A program made the position numbers and the translations under genes. Shown piece by piece: positions 39,913 to 50,674 of a stretch of 64,000 bases of DNA. This stretch comes from Flavobacterium sp. GTDB taxonomy: Bacteria; Bacteroidota; Bacteroidia; Flavobacteriales; Flavobacteriaceae. The notes under the pieces were generated by a model. The model was not told the DNA's origin, did not search any database, and saw only the letters and a program-made list of their open reading frames with translations. The DNA lies in assembly GCF_040402955.1 (NCBI RefSeq), contig NZ_JBBALQ010000006.1, forward strand, positions 679 through 64,678, in the 5' to 3' direction. Position 1 is the stretch's first letter. Every line of letters begins with the position of its first letter.

Positions 39913-41043
39913 ATGAAATTCGATTTATTAAAAACAGATGCTCAAAGCCAAGCAAGAGCTGGACTTATAACAACTGATCACGGTGTAATTGAAACACCAA
40001 TTTTTATGCCTGTTGGGACAGTAGCTTCTGTAAAAGGCGTGCACCAACGTGAATTGAAAAACGATATTAATCCAGATATTATATTAGGAAATACTTATCA
40101 TTTATATTTAAGACCTAAATTAGACGTGTTAGAAAAAGCTGGTGGTTTGCATAAATTTATGAATTGGGATAGAAATATCTTAACCGATTCTGGTGGTTAC
40201 CAAGTTTATTCATTATCAGGTCGACGAAAAATCAAAGAAGAAGGTGTAAAGTTTAAATCGCACTTAGATGGTTCTTATCACTTTTTTTCACCAGAAAATG
40301 TAATGGAAACCCAACGTACAATTGGTGCTGATATTATTATGGCTTTTGATGAATGCACGCCGTACCCTTGTGATTACAAATATGCACAACGTTCTATGCA
40401 TATGACACATCGTTGGTTGGATAGATGCATTAATCATTTAGATACATTACCTTTTAAATACGATTATTCGCAAGCTTTTTTTCCTATTGTTCAAGGAAGT
40501 ACCTATAAAGACTTACGTCAGCAATCAGCTGAATTCATTGCAAGTAGAAATCAAGTTGGTAATGCGATTGGAGGACTATCAGTAGGTGAACCAGCGGAAG
40601 AAATGTATGCGATGACAGAAGTGGTGACTGCTATTTTACCAAAAGACAAACCGCGTTATTTGATGGGAGTAGGCACGCCAGCCAATATTTTAGAGAATAT
40701 TGCGTTAGGTATTGATATGTTTGATTGTGTAATGCCAACAAGAAATGCTCGAAATGGCATGTTGTTTACATCTGAAGGATTTATCAATATCAAAAATAAG
40801 AAATGGGAAGAAGATTTTTCTTCAATAGATGCGATGGCGCACACTTATGTTGATACAGATTATTCGAAAGCCTATTTGCGACATTTATTTATTGCAAATG
40901 AATTTTTAGGAAAACAAATTGCAACTATTCATAATCTTGGATTTTATATGTGGTTAGTTCGCGAAGCAAGAAAACAAATTTTAGCAGGAACTTTCAGAGA
41001 ATGGAAAGAAAGCATGGTTAAAAAAGTAACAACGAGATTGTAA
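39913..41043 (+). CDS. tgt: tRNA-guanosine(34) transglycosylase
   Basis: TDSGGYQV, FDCVMPTR and GLSVGE motifs; 376 aa. Confidence 0.95.
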   Translation: MKFDLLKTDAQSQARAGLITTDHGVIETPIFMPVGTVASVKGVHQRELKNDINPDIILGNTYHLYLRPKLDVLEKAGGLHKFMNWDRNILTDSGGYQVYSLSGRRKIKEEGVKFKSHLDGSYHFFSPENVMETQRTIGADIIMAFDECTPYPCDYKYAQRSMHMTHRWLDRCINHLDTLPFKYDYSQAFFPIVQGSTYKDLRQQSAEFIASRNQVGNAIGGLSVGEPAEEMYAMTEVVTAILPKDKPRYLMGVGTPANILENIALGIDMFDCVMPTRNARNGMLFTSEGFINIKNKKWEEDFSSIDAMAHTYVDTDYSKAYLRHLFIANEFLGKQIATIHNLGFYMWLVREARKQILAGTFREWKESMVKKVTTRL

Positions 41044-41126
41044 AATTTTGTTTAATTAAGGTTAATTGTTTTAAAAGTTTAGGAGACATTACAAAAAAAT
41101 CATAAACAAAAACAGCCAAATAAATT

Positions 41127-42203
41127 ATGAAAAAAATAGATTGGTACATATTTAAAAGATACTTAATCACATTTACAGCTATGTTGTTTATGTTTATTCC
41201 AATTGGAATTATTATAGATGTATCTGAAAAAATCAATCGTATGATTGAAAATAAAGTAGCTTTTAAAGAAATTTTAATTTATTACTATGGATTTACGATC
41301 TATTTTGCTAATCTATTATTTCCGATTTTTCTGTTTTTATCCATTATTTGGTTTACTTCAAAATTAGCCAATAACAGCGAAATTATCGCCATTTTAAGTT
41401 CTGGAATTTCATTTACGCGTTTTTTACGACCTTATATTTTAGGTGCGACTTTAGTATCTTTAGTAACTTTATTAATGGGTTTTTTCATTTTGCCAGATGC
41501 CAGTGAAAAGTATTGGGGTTTTAGGTATGAATATCTTAAAAAAAATGGGGAAGAAAGACAAACATCAGATATTTTTCGTCTAGTAAAACCAAATGAATTT
41601 ATGTATGTTAGTAGTTATAACGGAATATCGAAAACAGGATTTGATTTTATTTACGAAAAATTTAACGGCAATAAATTAGAATATAAATTATATGCTCATA
41701 GAGTTAAGTATAATGAAAAAACAAAAGATTATACCTTGTTTGATTATGTAAAAAGAACAATCGGAAAAGAAAACGACATCATCGAAAGGCAAGAAAAATT
41801 AATTCGAAAATTTGAATTTGAACCGGATGATTTAACACCTGTAATTTATGTAGCAGAAACTATGAATATATTTAATTTGGTTCATTTTATTGATAAAGAA
41901 CGATCTAAAGGAAGTTCTAATTTAGATTTATATTTAGTGGTGTTATATAAAAAATTCAGTACACCAGTATCTGCATTTATATTAACCATAATTGCAGTTT
42001 CTGTTTCAGCAATGAAGCGTAGAGGAGGAATGGGCATAAATTTAGCTATTGGTATTTTGGTAGCTTTTTCTTTCGTATTTTTCGATAAAATTTTTGGAAC
42101 TTTAGCTGAAAGTTCAAGTATTCCTCCATTTTTAGCAGTGTGGTTTCCCAACTTTATTTTCGGAATTTTAGCATTTTATTTGTTAAGAAATGCCAGACGT
42201 TAA
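41127..42203 (+). CDS. LptF/LptG family LPS export permease
   Basis: 358 aa. N-terminus KKIDWYIFKRYL and a six-TM YjgP/YjgQ-like layout. Confidence 0.8.
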   Translation: MKKIDWYIFKRYLITFTAMLFMFIPIGIIIDVSEKINRMIENKVAFKEILIYYYGFTIYFANLLFPIFLFLSIIWFTSKLANNSEIIAILSSGISFTRFLRPYILGATLVSLVTLLMGFFILPDASEKYWGFRYEYLKKNGEERQTSDIFRLVKPNEFMYVSSYNGISKTGFDFIYEKFNGNKLEYKLYAHRVKYNEKTKDYTLFDYVKRTIGKENDIIERQEKLIRKFEFEPDDLTPVIYVAETMNIFNLVHFIDKERSKGSSNLDLYLVVLYKKFSTPVSAFILTIIAVSVSAMKRRGGMGINLAIGILVAFSFVFFDKIFGTLAESSSIPPFLAVWFPNFIFGILAFYLLRNARR

Positions 42204-43110
42204 TTTAAAACATACCTTACATCTTCATTTAATTGTTTTTATTTGGGGTTTTACAGCCATTTTAGGAAAGTTAATTTCTTTAGATGCATTGCCTTTGGTA
42301 TGGTGGCGAATGTCATTAGCGGTTGTTATAATTTTCGGATACATTTATTACCGAAAAACAAGTTTTCAATTAGCCAGAAAAGATATTATATTGCTAATAG
42401 TTTCAGGATTAGTAATTGCCTTACATTGGATAACCTTTTTTAAAGCCATTAAAGTTTCTAATATATCCATCACATTGGCTTGTTTATCTACGGGAGCTTT
42501 TTTCACCTCAATTTTAGAGCCCATTTTTTACAAACGAAAAATGGTTTGGTACGAAATCGTATTTGGACTTATCGTTTTAATTGGTTTATATTTTGTAATT
42601 GAATCTTCGGAACCAAATTTTATTCAAAAAAGTATTACTAGTAATATGTCGGGCACCATGCAGGGTGTACTTTTAGCTTTAACTTCTGCCTTTTTATCGG
42701 CAAGTTTTTCTATAATTAATGGAAAATTTGCTCAAAGAATTGATGCTACAATTGTTTCCATTTATGAATTATTTGGGGGTGTATTATTTTTAAGCGTTTT
42801 CTTACTATTTACAAATCAGTTTTCAATAGAATTTTTCAATATTACACTTTCCGATTTTATGTTGTTAGGTATTTTAGCTTCCATTTGCACAGCTTATGCT
42901 TTTATTGCTTCAGTGAACGTTATGAAGTACATTTCACCTTATACAGTAATGCTAACTATAAATTTAGAACCCGTATATGGAATTGCCTTAGCGGTTTTAA
43001 TTTTCGAAAAAAACGAACAAATGAGCTATTCATTTTATATAGGTGCTACAATCATACTTATTACAGTGATTTTGAATGGATTAATGAGAAATACTAAAAA
43101 AAGTAGTTAG
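42190..43110 (+). CDS. DMT superfamily (EamA-like) transporter
   Basis: About 10 hydrophobic helices in two halves. It overlaps the preceding gene by 14 nt. Confidence 0.7.
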   Translation: MPDVNLKHTLHLHLIVFIWGFTAILGKLISLDALPLVWWRMSLAVVIIFGYIYYRKTSFQLARKDIILLIVSGLVIALHWITFFKAIKVSNISITLACLSTGAFFTSILEPIFYKRKMVWYEIVFGLIVLIGLYFVIESSEPNFIQKSITSNMSGTMQGVLLALTSAFLSASFSIINGKFAQRIDATIVSIYELFGGVLFLSVFLLFTNQFSIEFFNITLSDFMLLGILASICTAYAFIASVNVMKYISPYTVMLTINLEPVYGIALAVLIFEKNEQMSYSFYIGATIILITVILNGLMRNTKKSS

Positions 43111-43148
43111 ATATCGGTTCAAAAATTATTCAAATAATTATTAAATAG

Positions 43149-43156
43149 TATCTTTG
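43149..43156 (+). promoter_or_regulatory. Candidate -7 box (TATCTTTG) for accA
   Basis: Matches TAnnTTTG and lies 33 nt upstream of the ATG. Confidence 0.35.
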
Positions 43157-43189
43157 TATTTACAAACAAATTAATAAAAATTAACTTTT

Positions 43190-44146
43190 ATGGAATATTT
43201 AGATTTTGAATTGCCAATAAAAGAGCTTGAAGATCAATTGGAAAAATGCGTTGTTTTAGGTCAGGAATCAGATGTTGATGTTTCTGCTACTTGCAAACAA
43301 CTGGAAGATAAATTAGAAAAAGCAAAAAAAGATTTATATAAAAATCTTACGGCTTGGCAGCGCGTTCAAATGTCGCGGCATCCAAACAGACCATATACTT
43401 TAGAATACATAACCAACCTAACCGATGGCACTTTTTTAGAGTTATTTGGAGACAGAAATTTTAAAGATGACAAAGCTATGGTGGGTGGCTTAGGAAGAAT
43501 AAACGGACAATCGTATATGATTATTGGGCAACAGAAAGGTATTAATACTAAAATGCGTCAATTACGTAATTTCGGTATGGCAAATCCTGAAGGATACCGT
43601 AAAGCGTTACGATTAATGAAAATGGCAGAAAAATTTAATATTCCTGTTTTAACATTAATAGATACTCCTGGTGCGTATCCTGGCTTAGAAGCTGAAGAAC
43701 GCGGACAAGGGGAAGCAATTGCGCGTAATATTTTTGAAATGGCTCGATTAAAAACGCCAATTATTTCTGTTATTATTGGTGAAGGTGCTTCTGGAGGCGC
43801 TTTAGGAATTGGAGTAGGTGATAGAGTTTTTATGTTAGAAAACACTTGGTATTCTGTAATTTCACCAGAATCTTGCTCTTCTATTTTATGGAGAAGTTGG
43901 GAATTTAAAGAACAAGCAGCTGAAGCTTTAAAACTTACAGCTATTGATATGAAAAAGCAAAAATTAATTGACGATATTATTCCAGAACCATTAGGTGGCG
44001 TGCATCGCGATAAAGAATGGATGTTTAAAACGGTTGAAAAATACATTACTAAATCGTACCTAGAATTAAAAGACTTATCAACAAAAGATTTAGTAGCACA
44101 AAGAATGGAAAAATACAGTAAAATGGGCGAGTTTTCCGATAATTAA
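43190..44146 (+). CDS. accA: Acetyl-CoA carboxylase carboxyltransferase subunit alpha
   Basis: 318 aa with conserved AccA sequence (..[22 protein letters not shown]..). Confidence 0.95.
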   Translation: MEYLDFELPIKELEDQLEKCVVLGQESDVDVSATCKQLEDKLEKAKKDLYKNLTAWQRVQMSRHPNRPYTLEYITNLTDGTFLELFGDRNFKDDKAMVGGLGRINGQSYMIIGQQKGINTKMRQLRNFGMANPEGYRKALRLMKMAEKFNIPVLTLIDTPGAYPGLEAEERGQGEAIARNIFEMARLKTPIISVIIGEGASGGALGIGVGDRVFMLENTWYSVISPESCSSILWRSWEFKEQAAEALKLTAIDMKKQKLIDDIIPEPLGGVHRDKEWMFKTVEKYITKSYLELKDLSTKDLVAQRMEKYSKMGEFSDN

Positions 44147-44163
44147 GAAAATATTCATAATTT

Positions 44164-44204
44164 ATCCGTCTTATCTTTTTTTATTGATAAGACGGATTTT
44201 TTTG
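44164..44204 (+). terminator. Rho-independent terminator of accA
   Basis: Stem atccgtcttatc (44164-44175) pairs with gataagacggat (44186-44197), followed by a T-run. Confidence 0.8.
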
Positions 44205-44291
44205 ACATATTAACAATAAAAAATAGTTATTAACAGTTTCTGTTTAACAAATTAAATTCGATATTACTTAATTTTTTTTTACTTTCGCTAT

Positions 44292-45851
44292 ATGGAAAAA
44301 GCATTTACAATTAACCCCGTTAAAGTAGATAAATCAACTACTATTACTTTAGAAAAAGGAAAACTTCCACCACAAGCTGTAGATATAGAAGAAGCAGTTT
44401 TGGGAGCGATGTTAATTGACGTAAAAGCGCCAGGCGAAGTTATAGATTTATTAAATCCCGATGTGTTTTATAAAGAATCACACAAATATATTTATGAAGC
44501 CATAAATCAATTGTTTCATAGTACGCCTCCGCAACCAATTGATTTATTAACGGTTTCAGCGCAATTAAAAAGAAACGGAAATTTAGAAATGGCTGGTAGC
44601 GATTTTTATCTGATACAACTTACTCAAAAAATTGCATCATCGGCACATATCGTTTTTCACGCCCGAATTATACTTCAAAAATTTATTCAAAGAAGTTTAA
44701 TTTCTATCTCAAGTAAATTAATTGAAGATTGTTACGATGAAGGAATGGACGTGTTTGATTTATTAGACACAGCTGAAACCAATTTATACGAAATTACACA
44801 AGGCAATCTTAAAAAAGGATACGAGACGGCACAAAGTCTTGTAAATCAAGCGAAACAACGTATCGAAGAAATATCAAACAAAGAAGGTTTATCTGGAATT
44901 CCATCCGGTTTTAGAAAATTAGACGATTTAACTTCTGGATGGCAACCTTCAGATTTAATTATTATTGCGGCTCGTCCGGGTATGGGAAAAACAGCATTCG
45001 TTTTATCAATGGCAAGAAATATTGCCGTTTCAGGAAACGAACCTGTTGCACTTTTTTCTCTGGAAATGTCATCAGTACAATTAATTACTCGTTTAATTTC
45101 AAGTGAAACGGGTTTAACCTCAGAGAAACTTCGAAAAGGAGATTTAGAACCCCACGAATGGGAACAATTAAATGTTAAAGTTAAAGATTTAGAAAAAGCA
45201 CCATTATATATTGATGATACACCTTCATTATCTATTTTCGATTTACGTGCAAAAGCCCGTCGTTTAGTTTCTCAACACGGAATAAAATTAATTGTTGTCG
45301 ATTATTTACAATTAATGTCAGCTGGAAATTCTGGAAAAGGTGGTGGTAATAGAGAACAAGAAATTTCTATGATTTCAAGAAGTTTAAAAGCTTTGGCAAA
45401 AGAACTAAGTGTGCCTGTAATTGCACTTTCTCAGTTATCACGTGCAGTAGAAACGCGTGGGTCAAGTAAAAGACCTTTACTTTCCGATTTACGTGAATCG
45501 GGTGCGATTGAACAAGATGCTGATATTGTATCATTTATTTATCGTCCAGAATATTATAAAATTGACAATTGGGATGATGATGAAGCAGCTCCAACAACAA
45601 ATCAGGCAGAATTTATTGTTGCAAAACATAGAAATGGTAGTTTAGATAACATCAGATTAAAATTCTTAGGACAATTTGGTAAATTTGATAATTTAGATGA
45701 ATTTGGAATGACTTATAACGATTCAATGCCTTCAAAAATGAATTTAGATTCTCAAAATCCATTTGCGACTCCAAATTTACCTTCACCAAATGATGCCTTT
45801 GGAAGCAGCATGAATGTTGGTTTTAGCGAAGATAGTGACGTGCCATTTTAA
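44292..45851 (+). CDS. dnaB: Replicative DNA helicase DnaB
   Basis: Walker A ARPGMGKT and RecA-like motifs, with a Bacteroidota-type C-terminal extension. No intein is evident. Confidence 0.95.
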   Translation: MEKAFTINPVKVDKSTTITLEKGKLPPQAVDIEEAVLGAMLIDVKAPGEVIDLLNPDVFYKESHKYIYEAINQLFHSTPPQPIDLLTVSAQLKRNGNLEMAGSDFYLIQLTQKIASSAHIVFHARIILQKFIQRSLISISSKLIEDCYDEGMDVFDLLDTAETNLYEITQGNLKKGYETAQSLVNQAKQRIEEISNKEGLSGIPSGFRKLDDLTSGWQPSDLIIIAARPGMGKTAFVLSMARNIAVSGNEPVALFSLEMSSVQLITRLISSETGLTSEKLRKGDLEPHEWEQLNVKVKDLEKAPLYIDDTPSLSIFDLRAKARRLVSQHGIKLIVVDYLQLMSAGNSGKGGGNREQEISMISRSLKALAKELSVPVIALSQLSRAVETRGSSKRPLLSDLRESGAIEQDADIVSFIYRPEYYKIDNWDDDEAAPTTNQAEFIVAKHRNGSLDNIRLKFLGQFGKFDNLDEFGMTYNDSMPSKMNLDSQNPFATPNLPSPNDAFGSSMNVGFSEDSDVPF

Positions 45852-45885
45852 TCATTAATTTGTATATTTACAAAAATAGCTTTTG

Positions 45886-47160
45886 ATGAACTATATAAAA
45901 CAACTTGTTTTTTTACTTATTTTAATTTGTTTCACAAAATTAAATGCGTCTTCGGTTTTGTTGCCAATGGATAATGATGGGCAGCAAAATCATTTAAAAG
46001 CATACGGTATTACGTATTGGGCTTTGGCAAAAAATTATAAGGTAAACTGGTTATTAAATTATCGAGGCGGTTCTTTTTTATTGCCTGATGGCGATGATAT
46101 CAGAAAAGAATGTCAGATTAGAGGTGTATCTTTTGAAGTCTTATCAGATGGTGCAACGGCTACTATTTTAGAAGAAATAAGTAGTCCATCTCAGAATATG
46201 GAAACGGTAGTTTTAGAAAAAGCACCAAAAATTGCGGTGTACACTCCAAAAGGAAAGCAACCTTGGGATGATGCAGTTACCATGGTTCTTACTTATGCCG
46301 AAATTCCTTATACAGAAATTTACGATACAGAAGTATTGTCAGATCAACTAGTTTTGTATGAATGGTTGCATTTGCATCATGAAGATTTTACTGGTCAGTA
46401 CGGTAAATTTTTCAGCAATTACAGAAATGCACCTTGGTATATTCAGCAAAAAGCAGAAGCAGAAGCATTAGCTAAAAAATTAGGATTTAACAAAGTATCC
46501 GAAGAAAAATTAGCAGTCGCAACTAAAATTAGAGATTACGTAATTGGCGGTGGGTTTATGTTTGCCATGTGTTCTGCAACAGATAGCTTTGATATTGCTT
46601 TGGCAGCCCAAAACACAGATATTTGCGAACCTATGTTTGATGGTGATGCCAGCGAATCTAATTACCAATCTAAATTAGAATATTCCAATACCTTTGCTTT
46701 TAAAGATTTTATTTTGGAAAAACAACCCATGAAATACGAATTTTCAGATATTGATACTACTGAGGAGCACGGAAAAGGTAGTTTTTCAATGGAAGTAGAT
46801 TATTTTACTTTAATGGATTTTTCTGCAAAATGGGATCCTATTCCAACGATGTTATGTCAAAATCATACTCAAATTGTAAAAGGGTTTATGGGACAAACCA
46901 CTGCTTTTTTGTCCGATAAAATTAAGTCGAATGTTTTGTTAATGGGCGAATGTAAAATTAATGGTGAAGCCAGATACATTCACGGCACAAAGGGAAAAGG
47001 AATGTTCACCTATTACGGCGGGCACGATCCAGAAGATTATCAGCATAGAGTAGGAGATGCACCAACTGTTTTAGATTTGCATCCAAATTCGCCAGGTTAT
47101 CGATTAATTTTAAATAATGTGCTTTTTCCAGCCGCTCGAAAAAAGAAACTTAAAACCTAA
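45886..47160 (+). CDS. Conserved hypothetical secreted protein
   Basis: Signal peptide from the ATG at 45886; 424 aa. No motif that I can assign with confidence. Confidence 0.55.
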   Translation: MNYIKQLVFLLILICFTKLNASSVLLPMDNDGQQNHLKAYGITYWALAKNYKVNWLLNYRGGSFLLPDGDDIRKECQIRGVSFEVLSDGATATILEEISSPSQNMETVVLEKAPKIAVYTPKGKQPWDDAVTMVLTYAEIPYTEIYDTEVLSDQLVLYEWLHLHHEDFTGQYGKFFSNYRNAPWYIQQKAEAEALAKKLGFNKVSEEKLAVATKIRDYVIGGGFMFAMCSATDSFDIALAAQNTDICEPMFDGDASESNYQSKLEYSNTFAFKDFILEKQPMKYEFSDIDTTEEHGKGSFSMEVDYFTLMDFSAKWDPIPTMLCQNHTQIVKGFMGQTTAFLSDKIKSNVLLMGECKINGEARYIHGTKGKGMFTYYGGHDPEDYQHRVGDAPTVLDLHPNSPGYRLILNNVLFPAARKKKLKT

Positions 47161-47201
47161 AAAAATATCCCAAACTCAATTTGAATTTGGGATATTTTTT
47201 T
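47161..47201. terminator. Bidirectional terminator
   Basis: Stem atatcccaaa (47165-47174) pairs with tttgggatat (47187-47196), flanked by an A-run and a T-run. Confidence 0.8.
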
Positions 47202-47217
47202 GGTATAAAAAAGTAAA

Positions 47218-47874
47218 TTACATACCTCCTAATTCTTGTTGTAATTCTTCTTGTGTTACTTTTTTGTAACCTTCTGGTACTGTAAAGCAAGATGCTGAAG
47301 GCGCTTTGTCTACAGCAGTAGCTAATAAAACTACTTTACCTTTTTCGCTATTTACTTCAACTTCTAAAGGAAATCCTGTAAGTTTTAATTTATCTGTAGG
47401 TAAAGATTGTACTGCAATAGCTTCTGTAATATAAAAGGTATTAACTACTCCGCTGTTCATTGTTACTAAAGCTTTATAACATTTATATCCTAAAATTTCT
47501 TTAGTTGCTTTTTTATCATAAGTAACTGATTCGGCATCTTTTAGAGAAGCTACATCTGTATTTGCAAATCCTTCAGCTTCACCTGTTACTTCATATTTTT
47601 TACCCATCATATCCATTAGCATTCTGGTTTCTTTTGGATTGTTTTTGTCCATAGAAATCGTTTTTACAGATATCATTCCGCTCATCATATCCAGTTGAGT
47701 TGCTGAAGATTTTTCATCAAATGATATTTTAATAGTATTTGTTCCCATTGCTGCCATTTCCTCATTGTCAGGCATTGTCATTTCATACGTTACAGCGCCT
47801 GTTTTTGTTTGTGCATAAAATTGTGTAGATACAATTGCAAAGGCAACGAATGCTAATTTTTTTAAGTTTTTCAT
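47218..47874 (-). CDS. Hypothetical secreted protein (possibly GLPGLI/DUF4412-like)
   Basis: Signal peptide; 218 aa. The family call is weak. Confidence 0.45.
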   Translation of the reverse strand: MKNLKKLAFVAFAIVSTQFYAQTKTGAVTYEMTMPDNEEMAAMGTNTIKISFDEKSSATQLDMMSGMISVKTISMDKNNPKETRMLMDMMGKKYEVTGEAEGFANTDVASLKDAESVTYDKKATKEILGYKCYKALVTMNSGVVNTFYITEAIAVQSLPTDKLKLTGFPLEVEVNSEKGKVVLLATAVDKAPSASCFTVPEGYKKVTQEELQQELGGM

Positions 47875-47907
47875 GTGTAATTGGGTTTAAATTTAAAGAT
47901 TAGTATA

Positions 47908-48447
47908 TTATTTTAATAAGAAGTTACAATTTAAAGTTACTTTTTTGGAAACTTTTTTAGAAACAACACTTGGTATTTCAATATCAAAGTCGGATACATT
48001 AACGTTAAAATCTGTTTTAATTTCTATATCCGAACCTGTTTTTTTAATTTTAGCAATTGAAGTAATATCTTTACTTTTTCCGTGAAGTTCTAATTTCCCT
48101 TTAATAGTATAATCTTTTAGACTCGAAGTTAATTTAGAAACATCAAAATTCTCAATTTTTCCTTTAAAAGTTGCTTTAGGAAATTTAGAACTCTCCATAT
48201 AACTTTCATTAAAATGCTCTTCCATTAAAGCAATTTTAAATCGAAAACCTTTCATTAAAGCTAAAACAGCAATTTCACCATTATTAGTATTCATAATACA
48301 AGTTACTGCGTTATTTTTGGCTTTAATTTCTTCAAAAGAAGGTACGGAAGCTTCAAAACTAATGCTGCCAGTTTTGGTAATCTTTTTTTCTTGAATTGGC
48401 GATAAACTTACTAATAATAACCATCCAATTAGGGCAATTTTTTTCAT
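47908..48447 (-). CDS. YceI family (polyisoprenoid-binding-like) periplasmic protein
   Basis: 179 aa with a signal peptide. The YceI-like pattern includes ..KGKLELHGKSKDIT... Confidence 0.7.
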   Translation of the reverse strand: MKKIALIGWLLLVSLSPIQEKKITKTGSISFEASVPSFEEIKAKNNAVTCIMNTNNGEIAVLALMKGFRFKIALMEEHFNESYMESSKFPKATFKGKIENFDVSKLTSSLKDYTIKGKLELHGKSKDITSIAKIKKTGSDIEIKTDFNVNVSDFDIEIPSVVSKKVSKKVTLNCNFLLK

Positions 48448-48482
48448 AAAACTATATTTAAGATGGAAACTATTTATAAAAA

Positions 48483-48842
48483 TTATTCTAAAAGTCCGTC
48501 AGTATTCCAATCTGTTATTAAATCAATAGTGGTTTGCGGAAGTCGAGTTCCTTGATAAGGCATCATTCCTGAAGCGCCTTGAGCTCTTGAAATACGGTCT
48601 AAAAGACCATTATTTTGAACAGATAATTTTACTTGATTATAAGTAACTAATGATGTTTGAGCACCCGCAGATGGAGTAGTGCCATGGCAAGCCACACAAT
48701 TATTATCTATAATAGGTTTTATATTTTGGATGTATTTTGTTGTATTTGTAGACAATGGAATTGTTAAATCGTCTTCCGAATTAGTACTACAACCAAAAAT
48801 AAAAATAATCGAAGTCAATATTAAATAATTTGTTTTTTTCAT
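48483..48842 (-). CDS. Small heme-binding-domain lipoprotein (single CXXCH)
   Basis: Lipobox IFGC and a CVACHG motif; 119 aa. Confidence 0.65.
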   Translation of the reverse strand: MKKTNYLILTSIIFIFGCSTNSEDDLTIPLSTNTTKYIQNIKPIIDNNCVACHGTTPSAGAQTSLVTYNQVKLSVQNNGLLDRISRAQGASGMMPYQGTRLPQTTIDLITDWNTDGLLE

Positions 48843-48883
48843 ATTAAAATTAGTATTTACTCACAATATTACAAAATAATTTA

Positions 48884-48891
48884 TAAGTTTG
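48884..48891 (+). promoter_or_regulatory. Candidate -7 box (TAAGTTTG) for the plus-strand genes of the divergent cluster
   Basis: Matches TAnnTTTG and lies 21 nt upstream of the ATG at 48913. Confidence 0.35.
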
Positions 48892-48912
48892 TACATGCAT
48901 AATTAAAAATAA

Positions 48913-49290
48913 ATGAAAAAAGTTGCAGTTGGTTTATTGGTTATCATAGTTATCGTGTTTTTGTCGTATAACTATTTATATCAAGATCATAGAGACATTT
49001 CCAGTGAGAAAGCTGTTTTTTCGATAACCGGGACAAAGATTTTACAAGATTTTTCAATTGATGAGTCAAAAGCAAATTTAAAATATTTAGATAAAACAAT
49101 TACTATTAAAGGAAAAATCACCAGTATTGATGCTTTAAATAACACTATAGTAATTGATGACAAAGTATTTGTTTTGCTCAAAAAAACCTCTGATGTAAAA
49201 CAAAATGAAGTAATTAGCATTCAAGGAAGAGTTTTAGGTTATGATTCTTTGTTGGAAGAAATTAAAATAGATCAAGCTGAAATTAAATAA
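48913..49290 (+). CDS. Membrane-anchored OB-fold (tRNA_anti-like) protein
   Basis: N-terminal TM helix; ..KANLKYLDKTITIKGKITSI.. resembles the tRNA_anti-like family (from recollection). Confidence 0.5.
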   Translation: MKKVAVGLLVIIVIVFLSYNYLYQDHRDISSEKAVFSITGTKILQDFSIDESKANLKYLDKTITIKGKITSIDALNNTIVIDDKVFVLLKKTSDVKQNEVISIQGRVLGYDSLLEEIKIDQAEIK

Positions 49291-49292
49291 TT

Positions 49293-50144
49293 ATGATAAA
49301 GAAAATTACTTTTTTATTTTTTGTATTTCCATTTTTAATGGTTGCTCAAGACGATTTGCTTAAAGAAATCGATACGTTATCTGATGCAAATCAATCAGAA
49401 ACAGCGGCATTTAAATCTTTAAAAATCGTGAATTTAGAATCTACGAAATTAGCATCTAAAGGCGATATGTATTTTGTGGTTGCACACCGTTTTGGTTATT
49501 TAGATAAAGGATTTGAAGACTTTTTCGGTTTAGATGAAGCCAATACGCGTTTACAACTTGTATACGGTTTAACCAATGGTGTTACTATACATGCTTCTCG
49601 TTCTGGATTTCAAAAAACCTATGAATTTGCTACAAAATACAGATTATTTGGACAAAAAAAACAAGGATTTCCTTTTGAAATTGTTGGTTTCAATAGTTTG
49701 GCAATTAATACAGAATTAGAAAAAACAACCTTACCAAAATTAGAGTTTTCAGATCGTTTGGCTTATGTGAATCAAATTCTAATTTCAAGAAAATTCAATG
49801 ATAATTTATCGTTAGAATTTGCACCAACACATTTTCATCAAAATTATGTTGCCAATAATTCTCAAGACAATAGTCAATTTGCCGTTGGTTTAGGAGGTAG
49901 GTATAAGTTTACCAAACGTTGGTCGTTTAATTTGGATTATGCAGCACATTTAAACAGAGCATCTAATTCTACTTTCAAAAATCCACTTTCTATTGGGTTC
50001 GATTTAGAAACAGGTGGTCATGTTTTCCAAATGCACTTTACGAATTCACAAGCCATGCATGAATCAGGCTATTTAGGAAATACGTCTGGAAGTTGGAATG
50101 ATGGAAAAATTGCTTTTGGATTCAATTTAATTCGAGTTTTTTAG
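49293..50144 (+). CDS. DUF5777-like secreted or outer-membrane beta-barrel protein
   Basis: Signal peptide and alternating beta-strand pattern, with a C-terminal F. The family call is from recollection. Confidence 0.5.
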   Translation: MIKKITFLFFVFPFLMVAQDDLLKEIDTLSDANQSETAAFKSLKIVNLESTKLASKGDMYFVVAHRFGYLDKGFEDFFGLDEANTRLQLVYGLTNGVTIHASRSGFQKTYEFATKYRLFGQKKQGFPFEIVGFNSLAINTELEKTTLPKLEFSDRLAYVNQILISRKFNDNLSLEFAPTHFHQNYVANNSQDNSQFAVGLGGRYKFTKRWSFNLDYAAHLNRASNSTFKNPLSIGFDLETGGHVFQMHFTNSQAMHESGYLGNTSGSWNDGKIAFGFNLIRVF

Positions 50145-50147
50145 TAT

Positions 50148-50657
50148 ATGAAAATAATATTTTTCTTTTTATTTATTTTTTCAACTACTTTTGCACAGAA
50201 AGATGTTTTTGCCGTGTCCAGAAATGGGAGTCTTTTAGAATTAAAAGAATTAATTAAGTCAGATATAGATTGCATAAATAAAATAAATGAGAATGGATAT
50301 TCCACTTTAATTTTAGCTATTTATTCTAATAATATTGAAGTTGCAAATTATTTATTGCAAAATGTGAACAATATCAATTATCTTTCTAAAAGTGGAACAG
50401 CATTGATGGCAGCAGCAATCAAAGAAAATTATCAATTTACAAAGCAATTAATTGAGAAAAAAGTAAATTTAGATTTTCAAGATTCAAATGGTCAAACTGC
50501 CTTAATTATGGCAATTAACACCAATAATATACCTATAATTGAAGCTTTAATTTCGGCTAAAGCAAATGTTAAAATTAGAGACAATTACAATAAAGAAGCC
50601 CTTGATTATGCTCTTAAAACAAATAATCAAAAAATTATTAATCTACTAAATTATTAA
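50148..50657 (+). CDS. Ankyrin-repeat protein, secreted
   Basis: Signal peptide plus about four ANK repeats (..NGYSTLILAIYSNNIEVANYLL.., ..GQTALIMAINTNNIPIIEALI..). Confidence 0.8.
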   Translation: MKIIFFFLFIFSTTFAQKDVFAVSRNGSLLELKELIKSDIDCINKINENGYSTLILAIYSNNIEVANYLLQNVNNINYLSKSGTALMAAAIKENYQFTKQLIEKKVNLDFQDSNGQTALIMAINTNNIPIIEALISAKANVKIRDNYNKEALDYALKTNNQKIINLLNY

Positions 50658-50674
50658 CCATTACATTTTAAATT

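Noticed and set aside
43558-44046. 162-aa ORF antisense to accA. Similar long antisense ORFs occur at 16930-17319, 19430-19759, 25780-26178, 50965-51348 and 59248-59664.
   Set aside because: Each lies entirely inside a well-supported conserved gene on the other strand. Their sequences are low-complexity and Ser/Phe/Ile-rich, as expected for shadow frames, and none has a recognisable motif.
44164-44197. TTATCCGTC-like DnaA boxes upstream of dnaB.
   Set aside because: The two copies are simply the arms of the accA terminator hairpin.
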